Shown one piece after another: positions 37,886 through 47,993 of a stretch of 64,000 bases of DNA. Every line of letters starts with the position of its first letter. Position 1 is the stretch's first letter. The translations under genes were made by a program, and so were the position numbers. The notes under the pieces are model-generated. The model ran no database searches. It was not told the origin of the DNA and saw only the letters and a list, made by a program, of their open reading frames with translations. The DNA comes from an uncultured Pseudomonadota bacterium (GTDB taxonomy: Bacteria > Vulcanimicrobiota > Vulcanimicrobiia > Eremiobacterales > Eremiobacteraceae), in the NCBI GenBank assembly GCA_963736005.1, contig CAVTNB010000003.1, positions 160,001 through 224,000 of the forward strand. Reading direction: 5' to 3'.

Positions 37886-38343
37886 GAGGAGCGATTCTTT
37901 GCAACCCGTACTGGGGCTATGGCACTTTGGGTTTCGTGTTCGGCGAGCGCCGACCAGTGTGAACCTTGAAATTGTGTGAAGAGCAGGAGGCGGCAGCGGT
38001 GAGCGGCAGCATCTGCTGGCGCTGTGTGCATGGACCAGAAAACGTGCGACATGTAGTAGGCGCGTCCGGCTAGCCACGGATCTTTCGGATATTTGCGCGC
38101 CCAATCGTGGAGCGCATCTTCGGCTGATTCGAGCCCTTGATAGTATCGCGCTGCGTGGGCCGGATCGTAGCGCACGCGCAGGCTCGTGTCGTGAATCGTA
38201 TTTTCGATGCCTAAGGGACTCATCTTCTGTTTTCCGAAGTATTCGTCCAACGGTGCCAGGGCTCCATGCGTCGCCGCAAAGCTCGCACCTGACCCCACAA
38301 GGGTGAGCGCGACCACCGCGGAAAGCACGATTCCAAACTTCAT
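37882..38343 (-). CDS. Secreted helical hypothetical protein (AP.D.YFG family)
   Basis: Signal peptide MKFGIVLSAVV..ASFA; APLDEYFGKQKMSPLGIENTIHD, DWARKYPKDPWL. Confidence 0.7.
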   Translation of the reverse strand: MKFGIVLSAVVALTLVGSGASFAATHGALAPLDEYFGKQKMSPLGIENTIHDTSLRVRYDPAHAARYYQGLESAEDALHDWARKYPKDPWLAGRAYYMSHVFWSMHTAPADAAAHRCRLLLFTQFQGSHWSALAEHETQSAIAPVRVAKNRSS

Positions 38344-38358
38344 GTTTTTCGACCCGAC

Positions 38359-38411
38359 GAGCGGACCTGAAGGTCTGCTGCTACATGGCGGACCTCTGCG
38401 TCCGCCGCTAC
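38359..38411 (-). repeat. Two REP family A variants in a divergent promoter region
   Basis: GAGCGGACCTGAAGGTCTGCTGCTAC and GGCGGACCTCTGCGTCCGCCGCTAC. Confidence 0.75.
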
Positions 38412-38421
38412 GCTCAAGTAT

Positions 38422-39837
38422 ATGAGGGCGGTTGTTGCCGCACGAGTGCGCGGCATCACGCTTCGCGTTGCCTGTGCGCAGCTTTGTGCTCGGTCGGTCG
38501 CGCAGGCGCGCGAGGCGCTCGCCGATATCACGGCTGCCATACGCCGTGCCCGGCGCAACGAGGCTTCGCTTCTCGTCCTTCCGGAATGCAGTTATCCAGG
38601 ATATGTTTTGCTCGATGCGCATCCATACAGGCGTGCCATACCATCGGACGCAGAAGCCCTGACCGCAATCTCGCGAGAGGCTCGCCGCGAAAAAGTGTCC
38701 GTGGTGGTGGGCATCGCGCGCACGAAGCCGGATGGCAGTTTGCAAAACGAGGCGGTGCTGATCGACGCCACAGGCAACGAAATTGGTTCATATGCAAAAG
38801 CGCGGCTTTGGAACTTCGACCAGCGCTGGTTTCGAGCGGGTCGCGATGTTCCGGTCTTCGAAACCGCATTCGGCCGCATCGGCATGATGATCTGTGCTGA
38901 TGGCCGCAACCCGGAAATCGCTCGCACGCTCGCGGCCAAAGGCGCGTGGCTGGTGGCTGACCCTACGGCGTGGGTGGGCTTTGGGCCATCGCATGCGCTG
39001 ATTCGCAACGTGCAGGCCGACTACATGTTGCGCGTACGCGCACTGGAAAATGGCATTTGGATTGCAGCTGCCGACAAGTGCGGCTCGGAGCTCGGCGCGG
39101 TTCACTACGCCGGTTACAGTCAAATCGTCGCGCCAGACGGCTCGGTGGCCGCGCACGCTGCTCCCGATCAGCCGCAGTTTATAGCCACCGATGTGAAGAG
39201 GACGAAGCCTGCGCCATACGTTTCTTTCTTGTCGGCCGCCGATCGCGCAGCGCTGTGTAGGCGCCCGCGCAAGAATGGACGCTTGCACCGCCTTCCACCT
39301 CGACTTTGGATGGCGATGTATCAAAGTGCGCCCCGCCGGCGTGACGACCCACGCGCGCTCGAGGCGCTTGTCGCGCAAACGGTGAGCGCGGTGATCCGCA
39401 CCGGCGACTCAGCCGCCGCAATGACCCGAGCACTCGATCGCGCCCGCGGACTCCGCTACGAGATTCTCACCGGTGAAGCCATGGTGGCCCCGGAGCCCGC
39501 GCGCGCTGCAGCGTTGCGCGGCGCCGATCTGCTCCTGTGGCGCTTGCCGCCGAACGGGTTGCCCGTGGTCGACATTGCGCGCACCCGCGCTGTTGAAAAC
39601 CGCGTCTACGTTGCGGTTTGCAGCCACTCGGATGGCACAGCACCAGCCTGTCTGATCCATCCCGATGGTTCGATCGTCGGAAGTGCGCTCGCAGGTTTGC
39701 CCAGCGGATTTGTGGCGGTTGTTGACACGATTGCCGCGCGACGCAAAGAGGTCGTGCCGGGCACGCAGACGTTTGCCGACCGGCTGCCGAATGCGTACCG
39801 CTGGCTCGATCGCGCGACGGGAGCAGTCGTATCGTGA
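38422..39837 (+). CDS. Carbon-nitrogen hydrolase (nitrilase superfamily) with a degenerate second domain
   Basis: LPE, YAK, ICAD catalytic triad; RALEN repeated later as RAVEN. Confidence 0.85.
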   Translation: MRAVVAARVRGITLRVACAQLCARSVAQAREALADITAAIRRARRNEASLLVLPECSYPGYVLLDAHPYRRAIPSDAEALTAISREARREKVSVVVGIARTKPDGSLQNEAVLIDATGNEIGSYAKARLWNFDQRWFRAGRDVPVFETAFGRIGMMICADGRNPEIARTLAAKGAWLVADPTAWVGFGPSHALIRNVQADYMLRVRALENGIWIAAADKCGSELGAVHYAGYSQIVAPDGSVAAHAAPDQPQFIATDVKRTKPAPYVSFLSAADRAALCRRPRKNGRLHRLPPRLWMAMYQSAPRRRDDPRALEALVAQTVSAVIRTGDSAAAMTRALDRARGLRYEILTGEAMVAPEPARAAALRGADLLLWRLPPNGLPVVDIARTRAVENRVYVAVCSHSDGTAPACLIHPDGSIVGSALAGLPSGFVAVVDTIAARRKEVVPGTQTFADRLPNAYRWLDRATGAVVS

Positions 39838-41147
39838 AGAAGATCCTTGCGGCCTGGGTCATCCTCGCGCTCGCGGCAGGCGGCGGTCTCATGTGCAGCT
39901 CCAGCCGCGGCAATGCCGTGGATTTTTCTCCGCGCATCTCAATCTTGCCGAAAAGCGCAAAGGTGTTCGCCGGCAACAGCCTCCAATTCCACACAACGCT
40001 CATTGGCGAACTTGGACCTTCGAACGTGCGCTGGTCTGTCGTGGGTCCTGGATCCATCGACAACAACGGCCTTTACCGAGCAGTTGACGTGCCGACATCG
40101 GCGGCTATCGTGGCAAATGCCGGAAATGGCATCGCAGATTCGGCCTCCGTAAGCATCGTGAGTCCGCCTCTGCACAACGAGTCGCTCGTGCTCTCCACTT
40201 GCTATTCAGATGGTACGGTGAACGTCAACAGCGCGCGTAACTTCGCGCTTTCGGGCGCTCTCAGCGTCGGTGGGAGAGCAGCCGGCATCGCGGTCGACTC
40301 AAGCTCCAAGCGCGCTGTCTTTGCTGTCGAATCGCAAATTGTGGCGATCGATTTGCGCAGCATGCACTGGCGTGTTTCCGCGCCCTTACCCGGCGTTCGA
40401 TTCTCCGAAATAGCGCGCTTGGGTTGGGGCTACGTCGCCGCAACCGACAATAACGCGGACGCCGGACATCCGGGCGTCCGCATTTACCGCATGAACCCGC
40501 GGGGGGTGCCCGTGCTCGTCTCTTCCGTCATAGCCGGAGAAACCCCGGAAGGCATTGCGGCATCTCCTGACGGCCGCGGCTTTTACGTTTCCAATATCAA
40601 CGGCAATTCTCTCATGCGCTTTGCAATCGATGCGACCGGCCGGACAACGTTGCTGGCCACTGCAAAAACCGCTGCTCGGCCGTTCGGCGTCGCCGTTGAT
40701 CCGCTGCGCCATGTGGTGTTTGTTGCGGACAATGACACAAGCGTCGTCAACGGCGCTCGTGCTCGTCCAGGCCTCGAGCGTTTTGATAGTCGCAGCCTGC
40801 GTCGCATTGGCGGCATGATCAGCACCGGATCGAAGTCCTCGTTGCCGCTGGGCGTCGCCGTCGATCCAACCACCGCAAGACTGTTCGTCACGAACGAAGG
40901 AGCTGGCAACGTCGTGGTGTTTGCTCTTCCTCAGATGCGTCGCGTCGCCACCTTGCCAACGGGGCTGACGCCGTGGCTGCCAACCTTTGACCCGCTAAAC
41001 CACCGGCTGTACGTTCCGAACGCGCGCGCGGATAGCGTCAGCGTTTACAACACCCGTACGCTTCGCTCGGTGGTGCCCGACTTCGCGACGTGTTCGTACC
41101 CTACGTCGGTGGCGATGTTTGATGCCGCATCGCCGGGAGGTAAATGA
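39834..41147 (+). CDS. Secreted Ig-like + YncE/YVTN-type beta-propeller protein
   Basis: Signal peptide; VRWSVVGPGSIDNNGLY; repeated P.G(I/V)A(V/A)(D/S)P...(L/V)(F/Y)V blades. Confidence 0.78.
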   Translation: MKKILAAWVILALAAGGGLMCSSSRGNAVDFSPRISILPKSAKVFAGNSLQFHTTLIGELGPSNVRWSVVGPGSIDNNGLYRAVDVPTSAAIVANAGNGIADSASVSIVSPPLHNESLVLSTCYSDGTVNVNSARNFALSGALSVGGRAAGIAVDSSSKRAVFAVESQIVAIDLRSMHWRVSAPLPGVRFSEIARLGWGYVAATDNNADAGHPGVRIYRMNPRGVPVLVSSVIAGETPEGIAASPDGRGFYVSNINGNSLMRFAIDATGRTTLLATAKTAARPFGVAVDPLRHVVFVADNDTSVVNGARARPGLERFDSRSLRRIGGMISTGSKSSLPLGVAVDPTTARLFVTNEGAGNVVVFALPQMRRVATLPTGLTPWLPTFDPLNHRLYVPNARADSVSVYNTRTLRSVVPDFATCSYPTSVAMFDAASPGGK

Positions 41148-42190
41148 TGCGTGCACTTTTCGCCGCGCGTTTGGGCGGGGACAATCCACTTGCGAACATC
41201 GAAATTGGGGAGCGGCCGACACCTTCGCCCGAAGCCGGAGAGGTACGCGTGCGCATGCGCGTGGCAACCCTCAACCGCCACGATCTTTTTACGTTGCGCG
41301 GGGTGGTTGGCTACCCGATCACGCCGCCGAGAATACTGGGATGCGATGGTTACGGGGTCGTCGACGCCTACGGACCCGATCGTCCGCCTGGAACGCCTGA
41401 TATCGGCGCCGAGGTCATCCTATACCCGCTTCGGTTCTGCGGTCAGTGCGCCGGATGCGCGACGGGCGATCCCATGCTCTGTCGCACGTTCACGCTGCTG
41501 AGTGATGGCGACCTCGAGGGGTCGTTTGCCGAGTATGTCGTGTTGCCGGCCTTGCACGTCATCCCGAAACCAAAGGGGCTGAGCGGTGCGCAAGCAGCGG
41601 CATTATGCGTCACCTTCCTCACCGCATACCGGATGTTATTCGTGAAAGCCAACCTGCGGCCGGGTGACTCTGTGCTCGTCGTAGGCGCAGGCGGCGGTCT
41701 TGGAACGGCCGCGATCCAGCTTGCCGCCGCGGCGGGTCTCGTGGTCTATGCCTCGTCGACCTCCGAGAAAAAACTCGACCAGGCCCTGCAATTGGGAGCC
41801 GCGCAGACCGTGCTCGCTGGGCGAGAGGCAGCCCAAGCGATCGCTGCCCTCACTGGCGGCGATGGCGTGGATGCAGTCATGGAATCGGTTGGCGAGGCGA
41901 CCTGGGGAACGAGTATTCGCGCGGTTCGTTTGGGTGGCATCATTGTTGTTGCGGGCGCAACGACGGGGCCGAATCCGCCAGCGAATCTCTCCCGCGTGTT
42001 CTGGCATCAATTGCGCATCGTTGGCTCGACTATGGGTTCACTGCCTGAGTTCCTCTCGCTCATCCGTTTCGTCGAAAGCAAGAAGATACAGCCATTGATC
42101 GACTCGTCTTATCCGCTTGCGGAAGGACGCGCTGCCTTCGAGCGACTGGAGAGCAACGAGCACCGCGGCAAGATATCGCTCGAGATCTAA
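41144..42190 (+). CDS. Zinc-binding medium-chain dehydrogenase / quinone oxidoreductase
   Basis: LNRHD, ILGCDG.G, CGQCAGC..G....C, GAGGGLG, GSTMG. Confidence 0.9.
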   Translation: MMRALFAARLGGDNPLANIEIGERPTPSPEAGEVRVRMRVATLNRHDLFTLRGVVGYPITPPRILGCDGYGVVDAYGPDRPPGTPDIGAEVILYPLRFCGQCAGCATGDPMLCRTFTLLSDGDLEGSFAEYVVLPALHVIPKPKGLSGAQAAALCVTFLTAYRMLFVKANLRPGDSVLVVGAGGGLGTAAIQLAAAAGLVVYASSTSEKKLDQALQLGAAQTVLAGREAAQAIAALTGGDGVDAVMESVGEATWGTSIRAVRLGGIIVVAGATTGPNPPANLSRVFWHQLRIVGSTMGSLPEFLSLIRFVESKKIQPLIDSSYPLAEGRAAFERLESNEHRGKISLEI

Positions 42191-42503
42191 GCGCAGGTCT
42201 CGAGTGCCGCTAAGACTTGCTCGCGTGAGGGCACCCCGCTAACTGCAGCACCCCGGCGGTAGTATCGACACGTCAACCCGAAGGTGCAAGAGGCTGCGCC
42301 CGGCTCAACGTCGCGACCGCTTGCGTGCTCTGAACAGCCGCGCCCAGACCTGTCTCTGCTAGGACATTTGTTTGAGCCGCAGGCGATCTGGCAAAGCGAT
42401 AATCCGCCGACACCGTCCTTTTGGATGCACCAACTCGGCGGGGTCGTCGACAACGCACCTCGACTGGATCCGGACGAATTTGCCCGGCGGACCTCAGAAC
42501 TTC

Positions 42504-44153
42504 TCAGATCTGCCACTCCCACGAATTCCAAAAATCGCTGACGGCCGGCACCGGTTTGAAGTTCACAAGATCGGTGTTCACGACGTCAATATTCGAGCGC
42601 CACACGATGGTGTGAAACGGTAGGCTGTCATGAATGCGGCGCTGGATCAGGACATAGTAAGGCCGGCGTGCGCCTCGAGCGTACTGCAGCTGTCCGGCTC
42701 GCTGCCATGCTCCGATTTGCGGGTCGGCATAGAACGTATAGTTTTCACCTTTCGGGGGAATCTCGTCGGGCCCCAAGGTCACCGTGTCGTCTGGATCGGG
42801 ATAGGTCAAAGTCCAGGCATACAGCGATAGATCGAATTTTCCGTGGGCCAGGATCCCACCGCCACCGTAGGTCGCGAAGAGCAAATTGGCCGGGTAGTTG
42901 TGGATGTCGACCGTGATGCCGACGTCGTGAAGATTCTGCTGGATTAACTCTTCGGCTTTTTCCCTCGAGGTGACGCCGGCAACGGTCGCAATGTCTATCC
43001 GCAGCGGTTGGCCGTTGCGGACCAGCATGCCACTCGCATCGGGAGCCCAACCCGCGGAGCGCAGCAGCGCTCGGGCCTTCGCAAGATCGTGCGGATACGG
43101 CATGATGCTTGGGTCGTACGCCCACGAGAAGGGCGGTGTGTCGCCGATCCCGGGTTTGTCCAGACCAAAGTACACGTGACTCGCGAGCGCTTGCCAATCG
43201 ATAGCGTAGGCGGCGGCTTGTCGCATGCGGACGTCATTGAAGGGCGGCCGTGCTGTGTTGAAATCGATGTGCTCGTACGTCATGCTCGGCACGTGCGTGA
43301 TCCGGTACCCCGCAAGCCGGGTCAAAGTCGCGTACTGGACCTCTGGCGCGTCGTAGTAGAGATCAACATCGTGCCCGAGCACATCCGTCAAAAGCGTATT
43401 TTGGCTTGGGATGATGCGGTAGAGAACTTCATGCAACTTCGGCGGCCCGCGCCAATACAGTGGATTGGCTCGCAGCGTGAGGAGCGTTCCCGGCTCCCAA
43501 CTCGCCACAACAAATGGGCCACTCCCGATGGGGTTGGTGTTGAACGGAATCCGGTTGAGGTCCGAATACTGTTCGAGCAAATGCTTCGGGAGAATGGACC
43601 CGACGACGCCGTTACGCATGAAAGCCGCGACGAACACCGCGAGCGGCGCCTTGAGGTGAACGACGACCGTCGCCGCGTCTGGGGTGTCGATTGACGTCAC
43701 CTGGTCGTAGGGATAGCGGTACGCGAGGTTGTTGTTGGGGTTCATGATCTGCTGCCACGTATACTTCACATCAGCTGACGTCAGGGGCGCGCCATCTGAA
43801 AACTTGACGCCGCGCCGGAGGTGATAGGTGATGGTCTTGCCGTCTTTGCTGATCCCACCGTTTGTCTGCGTGGGCACCTCGAGCGCAACGTCTGGCACCG
43901 GGTTGGCATGATCGTCATAGTCGATCAAGCCTGAAAAAATCATTTGCGACACGTCAGAGACGAACAACTGCGTGGAAAGCAACGGATTGAGACTGTCAAG
44001 ATCTTCGTACGAGCCCACGCGCAAAACGCCGTGAATGGTCCAAGGATTCGCCGCGTGACCAGATCCTATACTCGTTTGAACTTTGGTGCAGCCCGCAGCG
44101 AGCAGCGCCACGAGCACAAAAAAATGTAGCTTCGCGAGTGTATTCGCGACCAC
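42504..44153 (-). CDS. Family 5 ABC substrate-binding lipoprotein
   Basis: AAGC lipobox; NGGISKDGKTITY, FSDGAPLTSADV, PIGSGPF; probable GTG start at 44153. Confidence 0.92.
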   Translation of the reverse strand: MVANTLAKLHFFVLVALLAAGCTKVQTSIGSGHAANPWTIHGVLRVGSYEDLDSLNPLLSTQLFVSDVSQMIFSGLIDYDDHANPVPDVALEVPTQTNGGISKDGKTITYHLRRGVKFSDGAPLTSADVKYTWQQIMNPNNNLAYRYPYDQVTSIDTPDAATVVVHLKAPLAVFVAAFMRNGVVGSILPKHLLEQYSDLNRIPFNTNPIGSGPFVVASWEPGTLLTLRANPLYWRGPPKLHEVLYRIIPSQNTLLTDVLGHDVDLYYDAPEVQYATLTRLAGYRITHVPSMTYEHIDFNTARPPFNDVRMRQAAAYAIDWQALASHVYFGLDKPGIGDTPPFSWAYDPSIMPYPHDLAKARALLRSAGWAPDASGMLVRNGQPLRIDIATVAGVTSREKAEELIQQNLHDVGITVDIHNYPANLLFATYGGGGILAHGKFDLSLYAWTLTYPDPDDTVTLGPDEIPPKGENYTFYADPQIGAWQRAGQLQYARGARRPYYVLIQRRIHDSLPFHTIVWRSNIDVVNTDLVNFKPVPAVSDFWNSWEWQI

Positions 44154-44160
44154 GTGCCGA

Positions 44161-46686
44161 TTAGTTCGTGGGGACGAGGCGCGCGAGCGCAAAGCTTTGG
44201 GCTTCAATGTGCAAGGCAATATTGCGGAAGTCTTTACCATGTGCAGTCTCACCCTCTATCCAATGGCTTCGCGTGGCGTTGTAGATGTGCACCTGATAGG
44301 GTCGCTGCTCGTCGAGCAATCTGCCCAACGAGAGGGGAAATGTATACGCCACATCGAGCGTGCTGCCCACGCACAGAAGCAGCTCGTTGCCCCGCCGCAA
44401 GCCCATCGCCACCATGTCCGGATCCAGGCGGTCGATACGCTCGCTGACGTCCTCCTCGAAAACCTCAAGTTCGCCGTCGACATCGAGACGTCCGTCGGAA
44501 AAAACTTGAAAGCGCTCGCCGTTGCGCACGACGAAATAGCTGTAGTAACGTCCCCCAAGCGGCAGGCACCGGACGCCCAGCCAACGCCACCCGGACGGCA
44601 TGAGTGGGGCCACCCGAAGACGCGCAGGCGCCTCGGCCAGAACCAACCCGCACGCCCCTTCAATCGCGGCCCACAGGTAGCGGGGCGGCTCCCACGGGGA
44701 AAGGCGTATGCCGCGGTTGACCAGCGATTCGCCGTCGAACCATTCGGAAAACTGTCCGGGTACCGTGTTGAAGATCTTCGGGTCGCGCAGATACTGCGCA
44801 TAACCCTGGCGGAGATTGCGCGCCATCGTGTCCGGATATATTTTTGAAGCAGCGAACGCGTACCAAAAGGAAAGCCCCGGCCAGACGCCGCCGATCAATC
44901 CGACGTCTCGGTAGGGCGTGTAATCCGGCGAAAGCCGTGAAACCGTGCGCAAGCCCGCTTCGGTCTGAAAATCTGGCGCGTTGAGGCGACTAATGATGCG
45001 GTAACTCACGGGCGCTGGCGCCACGCCAAACATTACGGGAAAGACTTCGTCTCCGGTTACGTCCGCATGCGGCTGGCCGGCAACATCGATGTTCAAGAGA
45101 TACATGCCATTGCGTGGGTTGAGGAGATGCTCGTTGATCGCCTCGCGAAGACCGCGCGCGCTCGCCGCGTAGCGTGCAGCAACTGCTTCGTACTCCTCTC
45201 GCTGCCCTGAGAGGCCGGCCATCGCGTGAGCGAGCTCGCCCATGACCGCGAGCGCCGCATAGCATTCAGAATTGATTTCCGTAACGGCACCATTAATGCT
45301 CAAATGGGGAATGATGTTGCGCCAGCTGGCGATGCCGTAGACCTGTTCGCCCGTCGCCGTGCAAACGATGAGTCCTCGGTCGTCGCGTTGAGAGATGGCG
45401 TAGTCGGCCGCGCGGGTGATGGCCGGCCAAATTGCCTTCAAGAACTCAGCGTCGCCCGTCGTTTGGTAATGATGAGCGCTCGCGATCACGAACAGGGGCG
45501 TGTCGTCGTTGATGTTCAGCCCGTAGTCCTGGACCTCACCGGTAACGGCATTGTAGTATTCAGGTATCTTGCCGGAGGGGTATTGCGTTTGAGCAAAACG
45601 CAAGAGCATTGCTTTGGAGAACTCAGGATCTAAAAAATCGCATCCGTAGGCAAACCATGCAAGATCGCGACCGACGACGTTCGGCGAGGAACCTGGACTG
45701 TTCGTAAACCCCACCCCTTGCGGATAGCGCGCCATGACCCGCAGCATGTTCGCCTTCGCCCAATACGCCCCGTCATTGATGGTTTTCTCCGGCGTAATAA
45801 TGTTCGCGGTCAACAGTGCCCGGTCGTAATACTCGCTTGTACTCGCAAGTGCCGTGTTCACATCCTGCGCTGCATCATAGATGGCTCGTGCTGACGCCTC
45901 ACCGAGCTCAGAGAATACTTCAAAGATGGCAACCCGCTGGGTCTTGCCTGGCGCAACCGAAACGATGGTCCCCAGCGTAGCTATGATGTCGCCGGTTGCG
46001 GTGGTCTCGTTGCTCAGTGGCGGCACGTTGAGGAGATCGTAAGACTCAGCCGCATGGGTCTCCGTCTGATACCCGTGCGGTCGAACGCTCGTGCCAAACA
46101 TTCTCACCCACTGCGGCTTGGATTGGTTGAAAGCGATGAACCCACGCACCTTCGAGTCATACGTGGCAACGATGTCTTTTGGTGTTGTGCCCGCAAGTTT
46201 CGCATACGCGCTCACCGTGAGATCCCAGTTTTCGGATCCCGCATTCCAAAAATCCACGACAAAGTAGGCCACCGCAGGATCGTCAAGTCCTGTTCGCGGA
46301 ACGAAGATTGTTTCGGTGACCATAAGCTTGTTTGGTAACTCGAAACGGTGGCGCTGGTACCCAGGATGGAACTCGAATTTCCCAGGGCTCACCGGCGTGA
46401 GGATCACGTGACCGGTATCTTGGCTCAGGCGCTCCTCGGGCGTTCGATCCTCAAGCTCCAACGCTGTGACGAGGACACGATGGCTCGCGCTCCCATACGT
46501 GACAACGGTTGACCAGAAAACGTCTTGGTCAAGCTTGAGGGAGTACATCTTTTGAATTGCTCCCGTCGCTTTGCCGACGATCCAAGCGCTCGTGTTGCCC
46601 AACGACGCTCCCACAATCACATGGTCGTCACGCACTTCGTAAGAGCAATCTGGCATTCGCTGTACGATGGCATTGGGATCGATCAT
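44161..46686 (-). CDS. Six-hairpin glycoside hydrolase (amylo-alpha-1,6-glucosidase / debranching-like)
   Basis: GRDLAW, Q.PSGKIP, DDTPLF, GLRTVS, GGVWP, FSEWFDG. Confidence 0.75.
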   Translation of the reverse strand: MIDPNAIVQRMPDCSYEVRDDHVIVGASLGNTSAWIVGKATGAIQKMYSLKLDQDVFWSTVVTYGSASHRVLVTALELEDRTPEERLSQDTGHVILTPVSPGKFEFHPGYQRHRFELPNKLMVTETIFVPRTGLDDPAVAYFVVDFWNAGSENWDLTVSAYAKLAGTTPKDIVATYDSKVRGFIAFNQSKPQWVRMFGTSVRPHGYQTETHAAESYDLLNVPPLSNETTATGDIIATLGTIVSVAPGKTQRVAIFEVFSELGEASARAIYDAAQDVNTALASTSEYYDRALLTANIITPEKTINDGAYWAKANMLRVMARYPQGVGFTNSPGSSPNVVGRDLAWFAYGCDFLDPEFSKAMLLRFAQTQYPSGKIPEYYNAVTGEVQDYGLNINDDTPLFVIASAHHYQTTGDAEFLKAIWPAITRAADYAISQRDDRGLIVCTATGEQVYGIASWRNIIPHLSINGAVTEINSECYAALAVMGELAHAMAGLSGQREEYEAVAARYAASARGLREAINEHLLNPRNGMYLLNIDVAGQPHADVTGDEVFPVMFGVAPAPVSYRIISRLNAPDFQTEAGLRTVSRLSPDYTPYRDVGLIGGVWPGLSFWYAFAASKIYPDTMARNLRQGYAQYLRDPKIFNTVPGQFSEWFDGESLVNRGIRLSPWEPPRYLWAAIEGACGLVLAEAPARLRVAPLMPSGWRWLGVRCLPLGGRYYSYFVVRNGERFQVFSDGRLDVDGELEVFEEDVSERIDRLDPDMVAMGLRRGNELLLCVGSTLDVAYTFPLSLGRLLDEQRPYQVHIYNATRSHWIEGETAHGKDFRNIALHIEAQSFALARLVPTN

Positions 46687-47606
46687 GCGGCGGCTCGCAC
46701 GAAACTGGCTCGTAGCGTAACAACGACAAAGCCTAAGAAGCCGATGCCAACCATGAAGACCCCAAGGACAAATATGAAGTTGTCGGGAGTCGGGGCCATT
46801 GAGACGACCGGATACGTGCCCAACGTGAAGACCAGGTCGACACCCGCATGCTTGAGCTCGCGGCCGCTCACCGAAACTCCTCGGAAGAGCGCTCCGCCGT
46901 TTTCTTCATCGATTTCCAGCTGCACGAACGGAATGTCGATGCCGCGTTGGGGCAAGCCCGGATAGTACTTCACGCTGACATCCCGATGCAGCGCGGGCAC
47001 TTCAAAACTGTCGATGGGCAGACCATCGCTGTCGAGTTGCGGGAACAACAAAACGGGAGAAACGAAAGCGATGCCGTTGCGTTGCGTCACCGTCTGTCCA
47101 ACGTGCGCCGCCGACCACGCGGAAACGTAAGCGGCTGGCCAGCGCTGCGCAGTCAGCACGTACGAGTGAATTCGCACTTCGCGACCAATCGCAAGATTCT
47201 CGCGGCGATCTCCAATGAGGACGACAACTGAGTCCGGCGAGCTTGCGGCAAGCGAACCAGCATTGACTTCCGGAAAGGCGATGCCGAGTTGGGCGCTATG
47301 CGGAGGACGGTACACTTGACCCGGCGCGCCGCCGATCCGCTGCGGCGGCCCGACCAAAAGCTCCGCAGCGACAAATGCGATGGAGATCACAAATCCGCCG
47401 ATTGCGCCGAGCGCTGCAAAGCCCTCTCCGGGGCGAACCGGCCGTATGCTAGAGGCAACATTGGCAAGGAGAAAGAGTCCAATGAGAGCCACGATCAAGG
47501 TCAGCTCCCATTTGTGGAGCCTCATGTCGTAAGGGTTTTGTCTTGCAATCGCGGCCAGCGCACAGAGCGCGATGGCTAAGCAAAGGGACCAAACGGTAGC
47601 GCGCAT
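46683..47606 (-). CDS. Membrane protein of unknown function (3 TM + periplasmic domain + 1 TM)
   Basis: Hydrophobicity pattern; ATGA coupling to the glycosidase; start uncertain. Confidence 0.65.
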   Translation of the reverse strand: MRATVWSLCLAIALCALAAIARQNPYDMRLHKWELTLIVALIGLFLLANVASSIRPVRPGEGFAALGAIGGFVISIAFVAAELLVGPPQRIGGAPGQVYRPPHSAQLGIAFPEVNAGSLAASSPDSVVVLIGDRRENLAIGREVRIHSYVLTAQRWPAAYVSAWSAAHVGQTVTQRNGIAFVSPVLLFPQLDSDGLPIDSFEVPALHRDVSVKYYPGLPQRGIDIPFVQLEIDEENGGALFRGVSVSGRELKHAGVDLVFTLGTYPVVSMAPTPDNFIFVLGVFMVGIGFLGFVVVTLRASFVRAAA

Positions 47607-47720
47607 GTCTTCGGGCGTTTCGAACAAACGTGTGCGCACCCTGCGCGGCGTGCGCTGTAACAAGGACTAACCCACGCAGTCCTATGTGCGGCGCATAGCA
47701 TTGCAGAGGGGTTCTTTCCG

Positions 47721-47924
47721 ATGTCAACGTGTGCATTTTGTGGTTCTCAAGCTCGGTTGGGCCGAAACTTTCTTGCCCACCGAGTTTCGACGTTAAGACT
47801 CCGTACGGTCAAGGTTTGCGAACGCTGCCTCGATCAGGCGCGAGATGCCGGGTATCAAGTGGCCGAGCGCGAGCCGGCGGTATCCCCCGCCGTACAAAGC
47901 GCGGTTTTCAGCCGCCCCATATAG
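47721..47924 (+). CDS. Small CxxC...CxxC putative zinc-binding protein
   Basis: CAFC and CERC; AGAGGGG upstream. Confidence 0.5.
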   Translation: MSTCAFCGSQARLGRNFLAHRVSTLRLRTVKVCERCLDQARDAGYQVAEREPAVSPAVQSAVFSRPI

Positions 47925-47942
47925 GGCCCGAGAATTCTCCGC

Positions 47943-47993
47943 GTCGCGAATAAATTCGCGACACTACATACGATCTGCAAATTCGCGACCTAC
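47943..47993 (-). repeat. REP family B, one full and one partial copy
   Basis: GTCGCGAATAAATTCGCGACACTAC; the partial copy supplies the TAG at 47990. Confidence 0.8.
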
